Below are positions 1 through 10,811 of a DNA stretch of 64,000 nt, piece by piece. The number at the start of each line of letters is the position of its first letter. Position 1 is the first letter of the stretch. A program made the position numbers and the translations under genes. This DNA comes from a virus. Where the stretch lies: positions 1-64,000 of the IMG/VR virus record IMGVR_UViG_3300032313_000500; one strand, 5' to 3'. The notes under the pieces were generated by a model that saw only the letters and a program-made list of their open reading frames with translations, made no database searches and was not told the origin of the DNA.

Positions 1-100
1 GTCTTGCAAAAGTTTCTTGGTCTACAAAAATTGTCAACCCATCGGAGCCAGCAGAGGACAAGTTCTTAATGGCGATAGGGGTTATAAATTTTTGAGCCAT
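1..100 (-). CDS. Partial virion/fibre-like protein (5' end only; runs off the window)
   Basis: ATG at 100-98 preceded by GAGG gives MAQKFITPIAIKNLSSAGSDGLTIFVDQETFAR with no stop to base 1. It has the same MAQKF start as the 430-aa protein. Not in the supplied ORF track. Confidence 0.7.
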   Translation of the reverse strand, partial: MAQKFITPIAIKNLSSAGSDGLTIFVDQETFAR

Positions 101-143
101 GACCTCGGTCGTTTCTCTTGTTAATGCCCCTCAGGGCTAAACA

Positions 144-332
144 TTAAGCCTTTTTGCCGAATGCTGTGTCTTTTGGATTTAGGTAACGAAGAATAACAGG
201 AAGTGCTGCTGCCCAAAGAGCGTTAGCAGTAAGTTTTAAATCGTTTGTTGCTACATATGTTGCGACTGCTGCACCAAGGACGCTTCTTGCGTACGATGCT
301 GCCATTGCTTTTTGTTCTGCTGTAATTTTCAT
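144..332 (-). CDS. Holin-like small membrane protein
   Basis: 62 aa with two hydrophobic segments (SVLGAAVATYVA, ALWAAALPVIL) and a basic tail (LNPKDTAFGKKA), typical of small phage holins. Confidence 0.5.
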   Translation of the reverse strand: MKITAEQKAMAASYARSVLGAAVATYVATNDLKLTANALWAAALPVILRYLNPKDTAFGKKA

Positions 333-338
333 GTTTTT

Positions 339-1631
339 CTATCCTGTTACTACGATTGTGTAGTCGCCTGCGCCGATTTCTCCTTGCAGGACTACGGTTA
401 CTGTGTCTGTTGTTCTGTTGGTGACGTCTCCAATAACTATTTCTCCAGTTGAAACTTGAAAAACTTGTACCATCACAACAGTGGTATTAAAGTTATGCGT
501 GACTATGGTTGTTGAAACAGCACCAGAGTGAGCCAAACATGCCCTGCTTGCAATGCGAGCGAGCGTAGGAGTTGTGCTGGTACGACCGGTGGCCTCACCA
601 GATGCCGATGCTAAGTTGGTACGAGCACCAGACTCTGTTGAGGAACCAGTACCACCGTGTGCTACGGCAACATCTGTTGCTGCCCAAGTACCAGTTCCGA
701 TTGTTCCAAGTGTCGTAATTGAGTCTTGACCAACGTAAGTTGATGCAATGTCAATACTGTCGTTATTGGCAGTAATACGGTCAGCCGTACCAACAACGTC
801 AAGCGTATTTCCGCTCTTTGTAAGACCGAAGCCAGCGGTGATTTGACCAGCACCTGAAAACTGAACCCAAGCGATTGCGTCAGTACCTACAGTAATGGCT
901 CCGTTGCTTGTAACAACCCAGCCAGAGTCTGCGTTTACGGTACCTTCTTCAACGAAAGTGAAGGCCCCACCGGACACTTCACCAGTTCCGTCAAAGTCTG
1001 TTGCACGAACTGCAGCGCCAGATGCTTGAACAACGTAAATTCCGTTTTCAGAAGCCGTGCCCTGGTTTTTTACAAGAACACGGTCACCAGCAACAAGAGT
1101 AACACTGGTGTCAAGAGTGTCGCCAGCCTCAAGTTGTGATGTGAGGTTTACCGCAGCGGTAGTAGCGGCACGAACCGACTGCTTAACATCAAGACCCGAG
1201 CGGGCTGCGTCTACATAGGCCTTAGTGGCAGCATGGGCATCAGCGGTTGGGGTGGCAACAGAAATATTACCGTCTCCGTTGCGCTTTACGAGCGTGTTTA
1301 TTGTGGCAGAAGTAGTGGCATTAGTAAGGTCGGTAAAAAACGCCGCAGTAAGCAGACCGGCATTTTCAGCAGTTGCAACGTTGAGAGCAATGGTTACGGT
1401 TCCGTTTGCGGCAGGAGTAACGGTTATTGCGCCGGTATTAGCACCAGTCGTGGTGATGGAGGTGATTGCATTTACCCAAGCGGTACCGTTGTACACACGA
1501 ACAACGCCATTGGTGCTGTTGTAGTACATGCGACCCGCATAACCTGTTGGGTCAGTGGTTAATACTTGAACCTTAAAGTTTAGGAGTTCGTTTTGATTTA
1601 GGTCAATATTTGTTAAAAACTTTTGTGCCAT
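339..1631 (-). CDS. Tail fibre / fibre-like structural protein
   Basis: Thr/Ala/Gly-rich. Contains DAHAATKAYVD and the VRAATT..AGDRVLVKNQ..ENGIYVV module common in phage fibre proteins; lies downstream of the baseplate genes. Confidence 0.65.
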   Translation of the reverse strand: MAQKFLTNIDLNQNELLNFKVQVLTTDPTGYAGRMYYNSTNGVVRVYNGTAWVNAITSITTTGANTGAITVTPAANGTVTIALNVATAENAGLLTAAFFTDLTNATTSATINTLVKRNGDGNISVATPTADAHAATKAYVDAARSGLDVKQSVRAATTAAVNLTSQLEAGDTLDTSVTLVAGDRVLVKNQGTASENGIYVVQASGAAVRATDFDGTGEVSGGAFTFVEEGTVNADSGWVVTSNGAITVGTDAIAWVQFSGAGQITAGFGLTKSGNTLDVVGTADRITANNDSIDIASTYVGQDSITTLGTIGTGTWAATDVAVAHGGTGSSTESGARTNLASASGEATGRTSTTPTLARIASRACLAHSGAVSTTIVTHNFNTTVVMVQVFQVSTGEIVIGDVTNRTTDTVTVVLQGEIGAGDYTIVVTG

Positions 1632-1643
1632 TTTTACTCCACC

Positions 1644-1958
1644 TTACGTGAGATATGCTTTTCCAGAAAATGCCGCAGAAAACAGGACAGTAACTACAGT
1701 ATTACTACTGTATTGTACCTCACCGAATACATGCGTATCTGCAGAGTCCACAATGGTTACCTGTGGCTTACCTCCGAGCGCATGAGTTATGACCCAAGTT
1801 GCTGCTGGGGTTGCCTGAGTAAATTCAAGTCTGTTTGTAAGAGAGTTAGAAGGAGACGTTGAGCGAACAACAACAAGGTTTGGCGCATCCTGGTCAACAG
1901 TTACGCTGTTCGGAGTATCTTGATAAATATTTACATTGTTTGGAAGCGTGTTGCTCAT
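1644..1958 (-). CDS. Small virion structural protein
   Basis: C-terminal beta module (TWVITHALG..PQVTIVD..VFGEVQY..VTVLF) resembles the C-terminus of the 430-aa protein. Confidence 0.55.
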   Translation of the reverse strand: MSNTLPNNVNIYQDTPNSVTVDQDAPNLVVVRSTSPSNSLTNRLEFTQATPAATWVITHALGGKPQVTIVDSADTHVFGEVQYSSNTVVTVLFSAAFSGKAYLT

Positions 1959-2329
1959 CGTGTTACCTCTAGAGAGAGAGTAAATGTTCCTTGTATCACG
2001 CGTGATACAAGCCCGCTGGAAGAAATAATCTCAAGGTCGTAGACACCACTAGAAGTAAGAGCCGCAGTATCAGCAGCACTTATACTTAGGCTTATTAAGC
2101 CAGCAGCACCATTGAGGGTGATTCTTCCGTTCTCGGTTGTCAATGTAATCATTGGAGTTGTTGACTCAATTGTTCTTCTAACCTGCATCCTCGCCGTGTG
2201 GTTCGTGAGAGGGTAAGCCTCATATTCATCCGGGTTTTGTTCTGTTGGAGTCCTTGGTTGCTCAATCGCTATGATGCGTGAAAAACTAGACCCTTGCTGA
2301 CAAAGCATGTTGTAATTTCCTGCAATCAT
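1955..2329 (-). CDS. Baseplate/fibre-associated Ig-like protein
   Basis: YNMLCQQGSSFSR..ARMQVR..GVYDLEI..RVIQGTFTL pattern seen in small tail-accessory proteins; ATGA overlap with the preceding gene. Confidence 0.55.
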   Translation of the reverse strand: MIAGNYNMLCQQGSSFSRIIAIEQPRTPTEQNPDEYEAYPLTNHTARMQVRRTIESTTPMITLTTENGRITLNGAAGLISLSISAADTAALTSSGVYDLEIISSSGLVSRVIQGTFTLSLEVTR

Positions 2330-2383
2330 TTTTCCGCCCGCATTACGTTTATTTGGATATACATATTGTGCCTCATTAAGTCA

Positions 2384-3928
2384 TCACAGAACAGCAGCAC
2401 CGAGTACGCCATAAATAGGGTCGCCAAGGGTAAGCGTGAACTTCTCTACCACCCTATGAGTAATTGAATACCCAAGAGGTCTTGCTGGTTCAACGGCGGC
2501 CAATACTTCTGGGGAGTCAGTAAACTCAGCAAAAATCAAACCTGTTGTACCGAGAGTAATTGTTCCTGTTGTTGTCAGGGTGAATGCCGTACCGCTATTG
2601 ATGGTTCCTTCAGTAACAAAGAACAGCGCACCGCTGGCTACTTCTAATGCAGAAACTGCGTCAAAGTTGGTCGCACGACTCCAGGTGCTAGCACCAACAA
2701 CGTAGACACCGTTTGCTGAAGGAGTTGCTTGGTTCTTTACGAGAACACGGTCACCAGCAACAAGGGCTACGCCATCAATAGTTTGTGTACCTGAGAGCGT
2801 AATATTCCCTGTAGTGTTTGTCCCTCCAGTGTTTATGGTCGCTGCTCTTACGTTGGGTCTGATATCAAGACCTGGGGTTTGACTACCAACCGTAGTTATT
2901 CTTATAGCCCAAGGGTTGTTATCGTGTCTTTGGCTAATAATTACAGATTTTGCTCCAGTAAGAACAAATTCAGCGGCCTCTCGTATTGCGGACTGAGTTC
3001 CAGCACCACGACCATATCCAGCAGGATAAAGTTGCCAGGTCTTAAACGCGGCTAGGTCGTTATTTCCTATAATTCCAGTATTGTTTAAATATATTTGATT
3101 TTTAATTTTATTTCCAGAAAACTGCATCAACCATTCGCTGTTTTCATTTCTTACATGTTGATAATCAACTAGCCTACTTTTTGTCTCGTATGTATTTAAA
3201 GGAATATTTGATGGAATTTCTCTTCTGTCATACCTAAACCATTCGCTATATAAGTTCATGGTGTCAGATATCGTGTCAGTTAAAACTTCCACAAATCTAA
3301 AGAATGGATAAGTCGGGTCTTCTTCTCTGCCGTCATAAGTTTGATAAAAATCAGGGATAAAAGAACGCATGCTTTGTATGACTGGAGAGTTTGCCCACGC
3401 AATATCGTTTACCAAGTTAGGTGTTGATATGCGAACATTTTTGCCGTTGTGGTTTGAAATAGTCAAAACAACTTTGTAATTAGTACTTGCTGGAGCGTTA
3501 TTTGCAATCGTTATCTGGTTTGACCTTACGGCCCCCCATGCTCCACCCTGGATTGTTCGCGTGTTTCCAGCGTCTACTAATCCGTTAGCATCGTAGAGAG
3601 CGGCATTTATGGTGAAACTTTCATCTTCCGAATAGGCAACACAACTGAATACAAAAATGCCTCCCCTATCGGCTACTTCAAAAACATTATTTACATTCAG
3701 TGTCATGACTACGGGCGCTAAACGACCTGTAGACATTTCAATAACGTAATGAGATGACCAGTAGAAATCGTCTCCGGTTACGTTTAGCGAAGCAGTACCG
3801 ATAGGGTCGGTGCTAACAACCGTCCAGTCATGGTTGGCGATTACGTAACTTAAAGGTATTGAGCGATTGGTCTCAATACTATAAGTTCTTAGCGCATTTT
3901 CGTCTAATAGTCTTTGTAGTGTTTTCAT
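2384..3928 (-). CDS. Baseplate wedge protein (P2 gpI-like position) with inserted fibre module
   Basis: Directly follows the baseplate J-like gene. Has YGRGAGTQSAIREAAE and a closing AVEPARPLGY motif, with an inserted AGDRVLVKNQ module. Confidence 0.55.
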   Translation of the reverse strand: MKTLQRLLDENALRTYSIETNRSIPLSYVIANHDWTVVSTDPIGTASLNVTGDDFYWSSHYVIEMSTGRLAPVVMTLNVNNVFEVADRGGIFVFSCVAYSEDESFTINAALYDANGLVDAGNTRTIQGGAWGAVRSNQITIANNAPASTNYKVVLTISNHNGKNVRISTPNLVNDIAWANSPVIQSMRSFIPDFYQTYDGREEDPTYPFFRFVEVLTDTISDTMNLYSEWFRYDRREIPSNIPLNTYETKSRLVDYQHVRNENSEWLMQFSGNKIKNQIYLNNTGIIGNNDLAAFKTWQLYPAGYGRGAGTQSAIREAAEFVLTGAKSVIISQRHDNNPWAIRITTVGSQTPGLDIRPNVRAATINTGGTNTTGNITLSGTQTIDGVALVAGDRVLVKNQATPSANGVYVVGASTWSRATNFDAVSALEVASGALFFVTEGTINSGTAFTLTTTGTITLGTTGLIFAEFTDSPEVLAAVEPARPLGYSITHRVVEKFTLTLGDPIYGVLGAAVL

Positions 3929-5136
3929 TCATCTACCGACACCAAAGTAACCGTCGTATTTGCAATAACCAAAGACGGCAAAGAACCCTTTTTTGTAAAA
4001 AGAACATTTCCGCTACTACTTGTTCCACCGGAGCCAGGAGTGACGGTTAAAGACTGAATATATAAAACTCCAGGAACTGAAGATGCTATGGAATAAAATT
4101 CAGAAAGTTTTATTCCGTCTGTAAATCTATAGTTAATTGGGGAAAAGTAATTTGTTAAAACAGTTTCAACGTTTTCCTGAACTACAGTGCTTTCGTAAGA
4201 AGAAGAATACGCCACCTCAACGCTTACAGTAAGAGTGACGATGTTTGCATCACGGACTTCAAGTTCAAGACCGGCAACGGTTCTATCTTGAAGGTCAATT
4301 AAAACATCTGATTTTTGGTCAATAGTTAGAGTCTTGTTAATACCGTATACGAATACTGTTACATATCCAGGCTCGTCTGCATCTGCCCACTCAAGTCCGC
4401 TTGCAGAATTTGTAAGGTCATATGCTTTACACCTACTTACCGTTGAGGCAAAAGTAGACAATACATATCCGTCAATTTGAGATGCGCGAGCAAAAGAAGA
4501 AGACAGTGAACCGAGAAACTGTACAGACCTATTTAAAAACTCTTCAGTTGATTCAGGGCTTGTGCCGTTGCTGACAAAGGCATCAACCGTTGCCCCAATT
4601 ATGCTTGAAGTCGGAGTATCAATCTCCAAGACAGTTCCAGCAGCAATTGGCAAAGTTGCTCCTACGTCAATTGCTCGCGCTTCTACCGTTACCGTGGGTA
4701 AAGGCTCTACCCCCGTGTACACGACAGATGCGATTGTCCCCTCTTCCGTTGTTTCAAAATAAATAGACTTTTGTTCTCCCAAGAATTCGTAGTCATATCT
4801 AACGATTGTTCCTTGTGGGACGATTGTTCCGTCATAATCAATACAGGTGAATTCAACATCAATGACTGCTTGAGTGCCGTCATTTATTTCAACACCCATC
4901 ATTCCCACCAAGCCGGCCATGAGTCTGTCGGGAAGCCTGTTGATTGCTGAAATATTAAGCGCTGAGATGTAGGAAACAGCCTGCAGTATTGCGTCTTCTG
5001 GAGTTCCTTGCCTTGGCTGGAATTCAGGTAGCGCTATTTTTGCGTACTCAATTGAGTCTAGGTAAACAGCAGTTGGAGAAACGTCAAAAGGGACTAGGTA
5101 GACATATTCTGAAAAATCTATTGGCATACCAATCAC
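3925..5136 (-). CDS. Baseplate J-like protein
   Basis: NRLPDRLMAGL, PQGTIV, GTSPESTEEFLNR, PGYVTVFV and SVPGVLYI match the baseplate J pattern; follows the gp25-like gene. Confidence 0.8.
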   Translation of the reverse strand: MIGMPIDFSEYVYLVPFDVSPTAVYLDSIEYAKIALPEFQPRQGTPEDAILQAVSYISALNISAINRLPDRLMAGLVGMMGVEINDGTQAVIDVEFTCIDYDGTIVPQGTIVRYDYEFLGEQKSIYFETTEEGTIASVVYTGVEPLPTVTVEARAIDVGATLPIAAGTVLEIDTPTSSIIGATVDAFVSNGTSPESTEEFLNRSVQFLGSLSSSFARASQIDGYVLSTFASTVSRCKAYDLTNSASGLEWADADEPGYVTVFVYGINKTLTIDQKSDVLIDLQDRTVAGLELEVRDANIVTLTVSVEVAYSSSYESTVVQENVETVLTNYFSPINYRFTDGIKLSEFYSIASSVPGVLYIQSLTVTPGSGGTSSSGNVLFTKKGSLPSLVIANTTVTLVSVDE

Positions 5137-5453
5137 CCACGCAACTTAAAGGAAAATTCTACACTAAGCCCACCGTTTGGAGTAAAAGATGGGTTTATTC
5201 CTGTTATTTCTACTTCAGGTACATATCTTGCTGCATTAATTATAAAGTCTTCTGGTTCAATTGGCGTAAAAGATGGGTCAAGAACTCCGAATTCCGGAGT
5301 TATCGGATGCTCTCCTGGCTCTGTAAGTAAAGAAATTGTCAAGATTTGTTTGTAAAAATCAAAAGTTCCCTCTTCTAGCCGCTTGAGGCCAGTATCGGTA
5401 AATTTAATTGGGAAGGAAAGACAGTCCATCCCTGTATTATCCCATACCATCAT
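5133..5453 (-). CDS. Baseplate wedge subunit, gp25/gpW-like
   Basis: LSFPIKF..LLTEPGEHPITPEFGV..YVPEVEI matches the GPW/gp25 consensus; sits between spike and J. Confidence 0.75.
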   Translation of the reverse strand: MMVWDNTGMDCLSFPIKFTDTGLKRLEEGTFDFYKQILTISLLTEPGEHPITPEFGVLDPSFTPIEPEDFIINAARYVPEVEITGINPSFTPNGGLSVEFSFKLRG

Positions 5454-5522
5454 GGCTTTGTTGCACTTCTACCGGATTAACCCAAGACAGAGACGGTGCG
5501 TTTGGAAAATTAATAGCCATAA

Positions 5523-6945
<1,423 letters not shown>

Positions 6946-6953
<8 letters not shown>

Positions 6954-9228
6954 CGCAAACTCCTATGTATGGGACCGGTGCCGGTCCGTATGTAACCAAG
7001 TTTAACCATGTTACCTGAATGGTATTAAGGTTTTGAATATATGTAACTGCATCAGCAGTATTACCACTAGCAAATTTTCCCAAATGCTTTCCTGTAGTCA
7101 AGTAATAATCCCGAGCGTCTGCATCTGAATAAATTCTTCCGTTAATAACTGGGGTGTACACAACTTCATTGGCTCCGTCGTTAAAATAAGAACTCAACAA
7201 AGTGCTAATTGAACCATCAGTGTTCTTTACCAAAGGTCTAGAAGTTAGCGTAATATTTCCAGCCACAAGCGGACTGGGTCCAGACGACGGGTAAAGAGTG
7301 GCGGGAAGTCCTGCTGCCGATATCTGCCCTCCTGTTGGGTATATAGGCATGTCAACCGTCCATGGCTTTGCAGTTCTGTTTAGTATGCTTTCTGCTGATT
7401 TTGGAAATCTAATTTTAAGAACATTTTTTTGCACCAAAATTAATATTTCTGCATATTTTTTGGCTTTTTCTTCAGTAATAAATATTCCATGATGCAAGTC
7501 TTCTGATTCGTATTTTGTCTGTGCTTGAGCGGTTGTTAGAACGGTTGGTACATTGTCGCACCAAAGACGTTCTGTTACGACAAATACGCCGGCAATAGAA
7601 AATGACCACGAAGCATAAGTTCCAGAACTGCCAATTGTGTCGCACGTCATTGTCAAGGTAGTTCCTGAGACTGCAACAATACCTTCCATAAATCTTGCTG
7701 AGTTTGCTGTATTTGATGCACGAACTCTTTGACCAGTTGCGAATTTACTTCCAGCAGTGATTGTGAACACTTTTGAACCAGTACCGATTGCTAGTGATGT
7801 TGTTGAAGTAATTCCCGTATAACCAGTACCTGTAGTTCCGGCGATACCCGCTACAACTGTTGAGTAAATGTGAGGATACAAAGTTGGACCCGCCAGGGCT
7901 CCATATTCATATTCAAGACTTATTGGTCTGTTGTAGCAGTCAATATTTCCACCAACTAAAATATCTTCAGGAATTAAACCTGAACCCTTGAAGGAAAGTA
8001 GTTCCGCTTTTGTGTTTGGATAAGTCCTGAGCCTTCTAGAGTTTGGAATTTTTGCAATATTTTGAGGGCCGACTGGATTTATAGTTGTTCCAACTCCAAC
8101 AAATTGAGGAGTTGTCTCATTGAAAACTGGACGACCAACAGTTGTTGCTCCGAGCCTAGGCGAAGGCTGAAAATAACTACTATTAAAAATTTTACCTACT
8201 GGCAATTGGGGTATTTTGGGTTCTTTACCGTTTACTTTTAATCGCTCTGGTGTTCTAAATTCAACAGCAACTGGGTCTGTTATCTGTTCACCAAACGAAA
8301 CGCTAGTGATTAAATAGAAACTACTCATAGTTGGAATATTGTTTATTCTTATTGTCATACCTGGCCTGAGTTGAACGCCGTTGTCTCGTGCAACTAGTAG
8401 GTTTCCGGAACCTTCCAATGGGTCGTTCCCAGAGTCTCGCATTGAGGGAAGGCTCAGTACTTCAAACTTTCTATTGTTTGATTTATTTATTGGCGCATAT
8501 TCCATTGGAATAAAAAATTTATCTGGGTATTTTTCTGGAAGTTTATTTTTTCCAATTATCGGCTTGCCATTTTTTAATTTTATTTTACCTTCAATTTTTT
8601 CTGTTCCCCATTTATACATGAGCCATTGATGTGTTCCAAAGTACAAAGTTCCATCAGCAACAAATAAAACATACTGAGAATTGTCGGCAATACTTTTCAT
8701 TACGGTCCACACAGAGTCCTGTTGACCATCTCCTGAGTTTTTAGAAGCGCTTTTTATTCTTGCGCTTTTTTCACCAACAAAACGAAGTCCGTATTTATTT
8801 GCTGCTTTCTGAACAAAAGTGTAACCAGAACCACCAACAGAACTTGGTTTTTTGTCTCTTTTCATCTGCTGAACCGCTTTGGGCATTGCTTCAACCGACC
8901 ACTGAGGGGAAGCGCTTCCTTGCTGCTGAACACTAACAGAACTAATTTCGTAAAGATGTCTAATTCTGCTTATGATTGGCTCACCAGTTCCAGACGAAGA
9001 GTTAGCAACTTTTATTTTTGATACTGAAGTCGTTTCATAAACAATGTCACGACCAATGTTGAAATAGTTATTGGAAGCCATCTCAAAACCAGGGTCAATC
9101 ACAACAAAAGACAATTGACTAGCCATATCCATTGTGTAACTAATATTTAACGTCAATAAATTTGACGCTACTGTAGCCATTTGTTTTTCTGTTAAATCGC
9201 CTATTTGAAGTGATGTTGATGTAAACAT
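6946..9228 (-). CDS. Baseplate hub (gpD/gp27-like) with long C-terminal extension
   Basis: N-half has the hub pattern ([18 protein letters not shown]; [20 protein letters not shown]). The C-half has two copies of a GNI..RP domain. Located between tube initiator and spike. Confidence 0.65.
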
Positions 9229-9239
9229 TTTTACCTAAA

Positions 9240-10811
9240 TTAGGGTGTTTTTTCTGCAATGGCAAGTGCTGGTTCAAAAGTAAAACCAGGTGTCAAAAGG
9301 GAATTTTGAGGGTCTACCGGTTTGCAAGGTTTTGGTTTGCATGTTTTTGGAACTGGATTAGCCGGAGTTAGTGGAGGCAAAGCAATAATATCTCTAGCAA
9401 TAATTGGGTATTCATTTAAAGTTATTGAAACTTCTGCTGCTGCCATCTTGCGACCATTTGGCGTCAATCTTGTTGCAGTAATTGACATGTCGGCAATCAC
9501 CCACTGCAGGTTGCGAGTATTGTTTACATAGGGAAATCTAAAAGATGTAGAAGTTAATGTATTTAAATTATGAAGAGTGACTGGATAAGGAGAGCCGCCC
9601 ATTGCTCTTAAAATTTCTATTTGTTCATCAATAGAAACGTCCATACCGTCATTTACTACAGTTGACTTGGTCGCTGTCTGCCCTACGGGAACGGTGTCGG
9701 TTCTTTTGCCGGCAACAAGAAATCTAAACGTACACTTAGTTAAGTTATATTTAGACCAATCAACCATTGCGTAGTTGCCACTTCTCTCAACCTCATTCCA
9801 TACCGAAGAAAGTTGACTAAATTCAAAACTATTTGGAACTATGTCAAATACGTGAGTTCTTATTATTTTTTCACGAGTATTGGTGACTGAATTAAAATCT
9901 GTAATAGTTTGCTGCATGTATGGAACGTTTGCGTTTTCCGAACCAATTCTTCTATCTGGCAAATAATTCAGAACTGCAGTAGATTGACCAGTAGGAGGGT
10001 TTTCTCTTCTTCTCGTATTTGGGTTTGGACTTCTTCCGCCACTTGCCGAACTTGGGTTGCTTCCGCCTCCAGGGCTAGCAAAAGATTTTTGTGCTTCTTC
10101 TATTCTTCTGAAATCTGCTGCTGAGTCAAGTACTGAACGGCCTGCTCCAAATCCGCTATTTCCATTTGCGTCTGTTCTATTGATTTGTGCAGGAGTAGAA
10201 CTGGCACCAAATCCACTATTTCCATTTGCGTCTGTTCTGTTTGCTGTTAAAGCGCCGCTTCTTCCATTAGATTCGTTGTATAAATGATTGTACATTTCTT
10301 CAACTTCTCTAAAGGATTTAGTCAATACGCTTACTAATTTAGAGTCAGAACCTGTTGATATAACCGTAGTTGACTCAGCAGACGTTACTGGTTCGCCTTT
10401 TATGAATTTATAATCAGAATCGGTAATGCCAATGAATATGAAAGAACCCCAATTCTTAACGCTGTACTGGTTGCCTTTATTTAGTCTCTTTATCACAACG
10501 TCGCTTGAGTAGGTAATTTTTTTGCCATTAGCCGAAACTGCAGATGGCTCATTGCCAGACTTTCCCATGTTTACAAGAACTTTATAAACGGTTGTTGCTT
10601 TTAGTGTTTCTACGTTTACGAGAGCCCAAACTGGTTCGTCGTTTAATGTTCTATATGAAGTACATACATACGTGTTCCCATTTATGGGGTCATCTGCATA
10701 TTTTCCCTGAACCTGATTGTCAAATGCTTTTTTTCCTTTTTCCCACAAAAGAACGCCACTACCAGAATAGAAACTAATTGGGTTTTGATAAGAGTTACCT
10801 TCTTTTGACAT
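9240..10811 (-). CDS. Tail tube initiator-like protein with N-terminal extension
   Basis: The C-terminal ~190 aa (FDIVPNSFEFS..VERSG..WVIADMSITA..AEVSITLNEY) fit gpU/gp48-type tube initiators; directly follows the tape measure gene. Confidence 0.55.
   Translation of the reverse strand: MSKEGNSYQNPISFYSGSGVLLWEKGKKAFDNQVQGKYADDPINGNTYVCTSYRTLNDEPVWALVNVETLKATTVYKVLVNMGKSGNEPSAVSANGKKITYSSDVVIKRLNKGNQYSVKNWGSFIFIGITDSDYKFIKGEPVTSAESTTVISTGSDSKLVSVLTKSFREVEEMYNHLYNESNGRSGALTANRTDANGNSGFGASSTPAQINRTDANGNSGFGAGRSVLDSAADFRRIEEAQKSFASPGGGSNPSSASGGRSPNPNTRRRENPPTGQSTAVLNYLPDRRIGSENANVPYMQQTITDFNSVTNTREKIIRTHVFDIVPNSFEFSQLSSVWNEVERSGNYAMVDWSKYNLTKCTFRFLVAGKRTDTVPVGQTATKSTVVNDGMDVSIDEQIEILRAMGGSPYPVTLHNLNTLTSTSFRFPYVNNTRNLQWVIADMSITATRLTPNGRKMAAAEVSITLNEYPIIARDIIALPPLTPANPVPKTCKPKPCKPVDPQNSLLTPGFTFEPALAIAEKTP
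10147..10238 (-). repeat. Two-copy direct repeat (60-nt period) encoding RTDANGNSGFG
   Basis: ccaaatcc[g/a]ctatttccatttgcgtctgttct occurs at 10147 and 10207. Confidence 0.9.
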
